Assembly (NCBI GenBank): GCA_963798085.1 | Contig: CAWCRS010000007.1 | Coordinates: forward strand, 352,001-416,000 | Direction of reading: 5' to 3' | Length of the DNA: 64,000 nucleotides | Source: an uncultured Gemmatimonadales bacterium | Lineage (GTDB): Bacteria; Gemmatimonadota; Gemmatimonadetes; Longimicrobiales; RSA9 | Part shown: positions 62,132 to 64,000 of the stretch, piece after piece | Numbering within the stretch: the first letter of the stretch is position 1 | How the letters are laid out: every line of letters starts with the position of its first letter | Notes under the pieces: generated by a model | What the model was told of the DNA's origin: nothing | Databases searched by the model: none | Seen by the model: only the letters and a program-made list of their open reading frames with translations | Translations under genes and position numbers: made by a program

Positions 62132-62281
62132 ATGAGCATTGCACGCGAGCTGTGGGCCTTCATGAAGGTGCGCAAGAAGTGGTGGCTGCTGCCCATCATC
62201 CTGGTGATGATTCTGGTGGGCGCACTGCTGGTCTTTGCGCAGGGTTCGGTACTGGCGCCGTTCATTTACACGATCTTCTAG
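62132..62281 (+). CDS. DUF5989 / SxtK-like 49-aa single-TM protein
   Basis: MSIARELWAFMKVRKKWWLLPII...GSVLAPFIYTIF. Confidence 0.85.
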   Translation: MSIARELWAFMKVRKKWWLLPIILVMILVGALLVFAQGSVLAPFIYTIF

Positions 62282-62297
62282 AGATCGCGCGGGCACC

Positions 62298-63456
62298 ATG
62301 CGCCGTAATTCCGTGTCAGGTACTCCCCCGTTGCCGCTGGCGCCTCCCGTTGCGCGCGCGCTCGGTGGACCGGCGCTGTGCGCGCTCGCGCTGCTGCTGC
62401 ACGCGCCACTCCTTGCGCAGAAGCCGGCGCCCGGGGCGCGTGCGGGGAAGCAGCCGCCCGCCGCGCAGCAGGCGGTGCCCAGGCCCGCCCCGGCGGAAAA
62501 GCCGGACGAGGAAGAGTTCACGGCGGGGGACTACAACATCCTGCGCATCGAGCAGGAGGACAAGATCTTCGTGCCCATGCGGCTCGAGGATGCGGTCTGG
62601 AGGTTCCTTACCGAGCGCTTCGTCACCGATACCGCGAACCTGCGCCGACTCGATCCCGGACTCACGTCCTACGCGACCAACGAGCTGTTCTTCGACACGT
62701 ACTTCGATACACCCACGTTCCCGATGCGCGCCATGCAGAGCGGCATCCGGCACCGGGTGCGCGAGAATCTGAGCAATCCCGGCGACCGCAAGAACGGCCG
62801 CGAGCTGATGCAGATCAAGGTCAACCATGTGTCGGACGAGGCCATGGAGCGGGGCGAGTACAAGTACGCCGTCGAATACCCGACGAAGTTCAGCACGCCC
62901 GACGATGCGCACCCGGTGCTGGGCATGATCAAGGCGGATCAGCGCGAACTCTTCAAGCAGCGCGTGCGCGAGCTGCACGTGGATCCATACCAGCTGCGGC
63001 CAATGTTCACGATCCGCGACACGCGCCGGCGCGTCTACATGCTGAAGAACGGGAAATCGTTCATCTCCGATTTCCCTCGATCACGTGACATCCGGCATGC
63101 TGTGGGCGAAGGCCGAGCTGGTGGAGATCGAGCCGGAGCTGAACGAGATCATCTTCACGGAAGCGGACTCCGCGGCCCGGCACCACATGGAGGATGTGAA
63201 CGCGCAGATCCGCAGCGCACTGGAGCAGCAGTTCCCCGAATTGAGGCAGGATCTCACGCCCAAGTACAACAAGGTGTTCAATCAGATCCGGGCGCAGATC
63301 CCGTACATCGACACGCTGATCCGGGTGAACCTCGACCGGACTTCGGACTTCTGGTCCATTGCGGGCCTGCTTGCTTTTCTGCTCGTCGGCGGCGTCGTCT
63401 TCGCGGTGCGTTCGCTGTTCCTGCGCAGGCGGCGGATGCTGCAGGCACGGGCCTGA
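62298..63456 (+). CDS. CYTH / triphosphate tunnel metalloenzyme-like protein with signal peptide and C-terminal TM anchor (frameshift near 63069)
   Basis: EQEDK (ExExK), D.YFDTP, R.R.R, QIK, SLD.V and EIE.E motifs; C-terminal TM followed by RRRR. Confidence 0.65.
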
Positions 63457-63471
63457 TTATTCAGGCGCGCT

Positions 63472-64000
63472 TCAGATCGAGGCCCGCAGCGCGCTGCCGC
63501 GGCGCAGTCCTCCCACCGCGAGCAGTACTACGCCATACGTGATCGCGCCCACGGGCACGGCCAGCCATACGGGCCGCTGGCCCAGCAGCAGCAGCGCACC
63601 CGCCATCACCAGCACAGCCAGCACGGGCCGCCAGTAGTGCAGCAGCGGCGGCCGGCCGTAGCCCACGGCGCCGCCGTAGTGCTGCGCAATCAGCATGCGC
63701 GCCACCTCGGCCAGTACGGTGGTGATCGCGGCCCCCATCATGCCCAGCAGCGGGATCAGCGAAAAATCGAGAGTCAGTGTGATGGCCGCTGACCACGCGG
63801 TCGTGTGCAGTACGCGATCCTGCCTGCCGGCCGCGATCAGCGCCGCCTGCAGCACACTGCGCAGCAGCAGGACCGGGATGGAGAGCAGGAGCACACGCAG
63901 AATGGGCGACGAAGCGGCGTAGTCGGGGCCGAAGATCAGCGCCACCAGTGCGGGCGCGAGCATGGCGCCGCCCACAGCCATGGGCAGTCCCACGGCGGCG
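63472..64000 (-). CDS. Wzx-type polysaccharide flippase, C-terminal part (gene starts outside the window)
   Basis: FG..Y......LR.L and LIP.LG..GAA..T...E motifs; multiple TM helices. Confidence 0.82.
   Translation of the reverse strand, partial: AAVGLPMAVGGAMLAPALVALIFGPDYAASSPILRVLLLSIPVLLLRSVLQAALIAAGRQDRVLHTTAWSAAITLTLDFSLIPLLGMMGAAITTVLAEVARMLIAQHYGGAVGYGRPPLLHYWRPVLAVLVMAGALLLLGQRPVWLAVPVGAITYGVVLLAVGGLRRGSALRASI

Noticed and set aside
59576..62281. Saxitoxin biosynthesis
   Set aside because: Only sxtI/J/K-like genes are present; sxtA, sxtG and other core genes are absent, and the context is glycan synthesis.
63330..63456. PEP-CTERM or sortase sorting signal
   Set aside because: The TM helix and Arg tail are present, but there is no PEP or LPxTG motif and no exosortase in the window.

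Overview
High-GC bacterial DNA (about two-thirds GC by eye). The protein style is reminiscent of Gemmatimonadota/FCB group, which is an inference only. The whole window is one cell-surface glycan locus that runs off both ends. It encodes a Wzx/Wzy-type polymer pathway: several GT4 and GT2 enzymes, a Wzy/WaaL-like protein, a Wzx-like flippase, a UDP-sugar dehydrogenase and WecB. It also has a CDP-sugar/C-methyltransferase cassette, five GT-C (PMT/ArnT-like) membrane transferases with three polyprenyl-P-sugar synthase-like GT2s, and many tailoring modules: FkbH-ACP-VOC-acyltransferase, two SGNH proteins, two Thr-type sulfatase-like membrane enzymes, a GMC oxidoreductase plus SDR, and an SxtI/SxtJ/SxtK-like carbamoyltransferase cassette followed by an exported CYTH protein. 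The best candidate for an undescribed system is a trans-membrane carbamoyl relay: the SxtK-like micro-protein ends in FIYTIF, the same C-terminal FIYxxF Tyr-shuttle motif and topology as DltX. Other notable signals are three tandem paralogues of an unknown exported domain, sigma-54-type -24/-12 boxes in front of most transcription units, and a 4 x 67 bp hairpin repeat. Many 1-bp frameshifts cluster at (A/G)GATG and are probably sequencing artefacts. No rRNA, tRNA, CRISPR array or mobile element was recognised. All family calls come from motif recognition, not from database searches.
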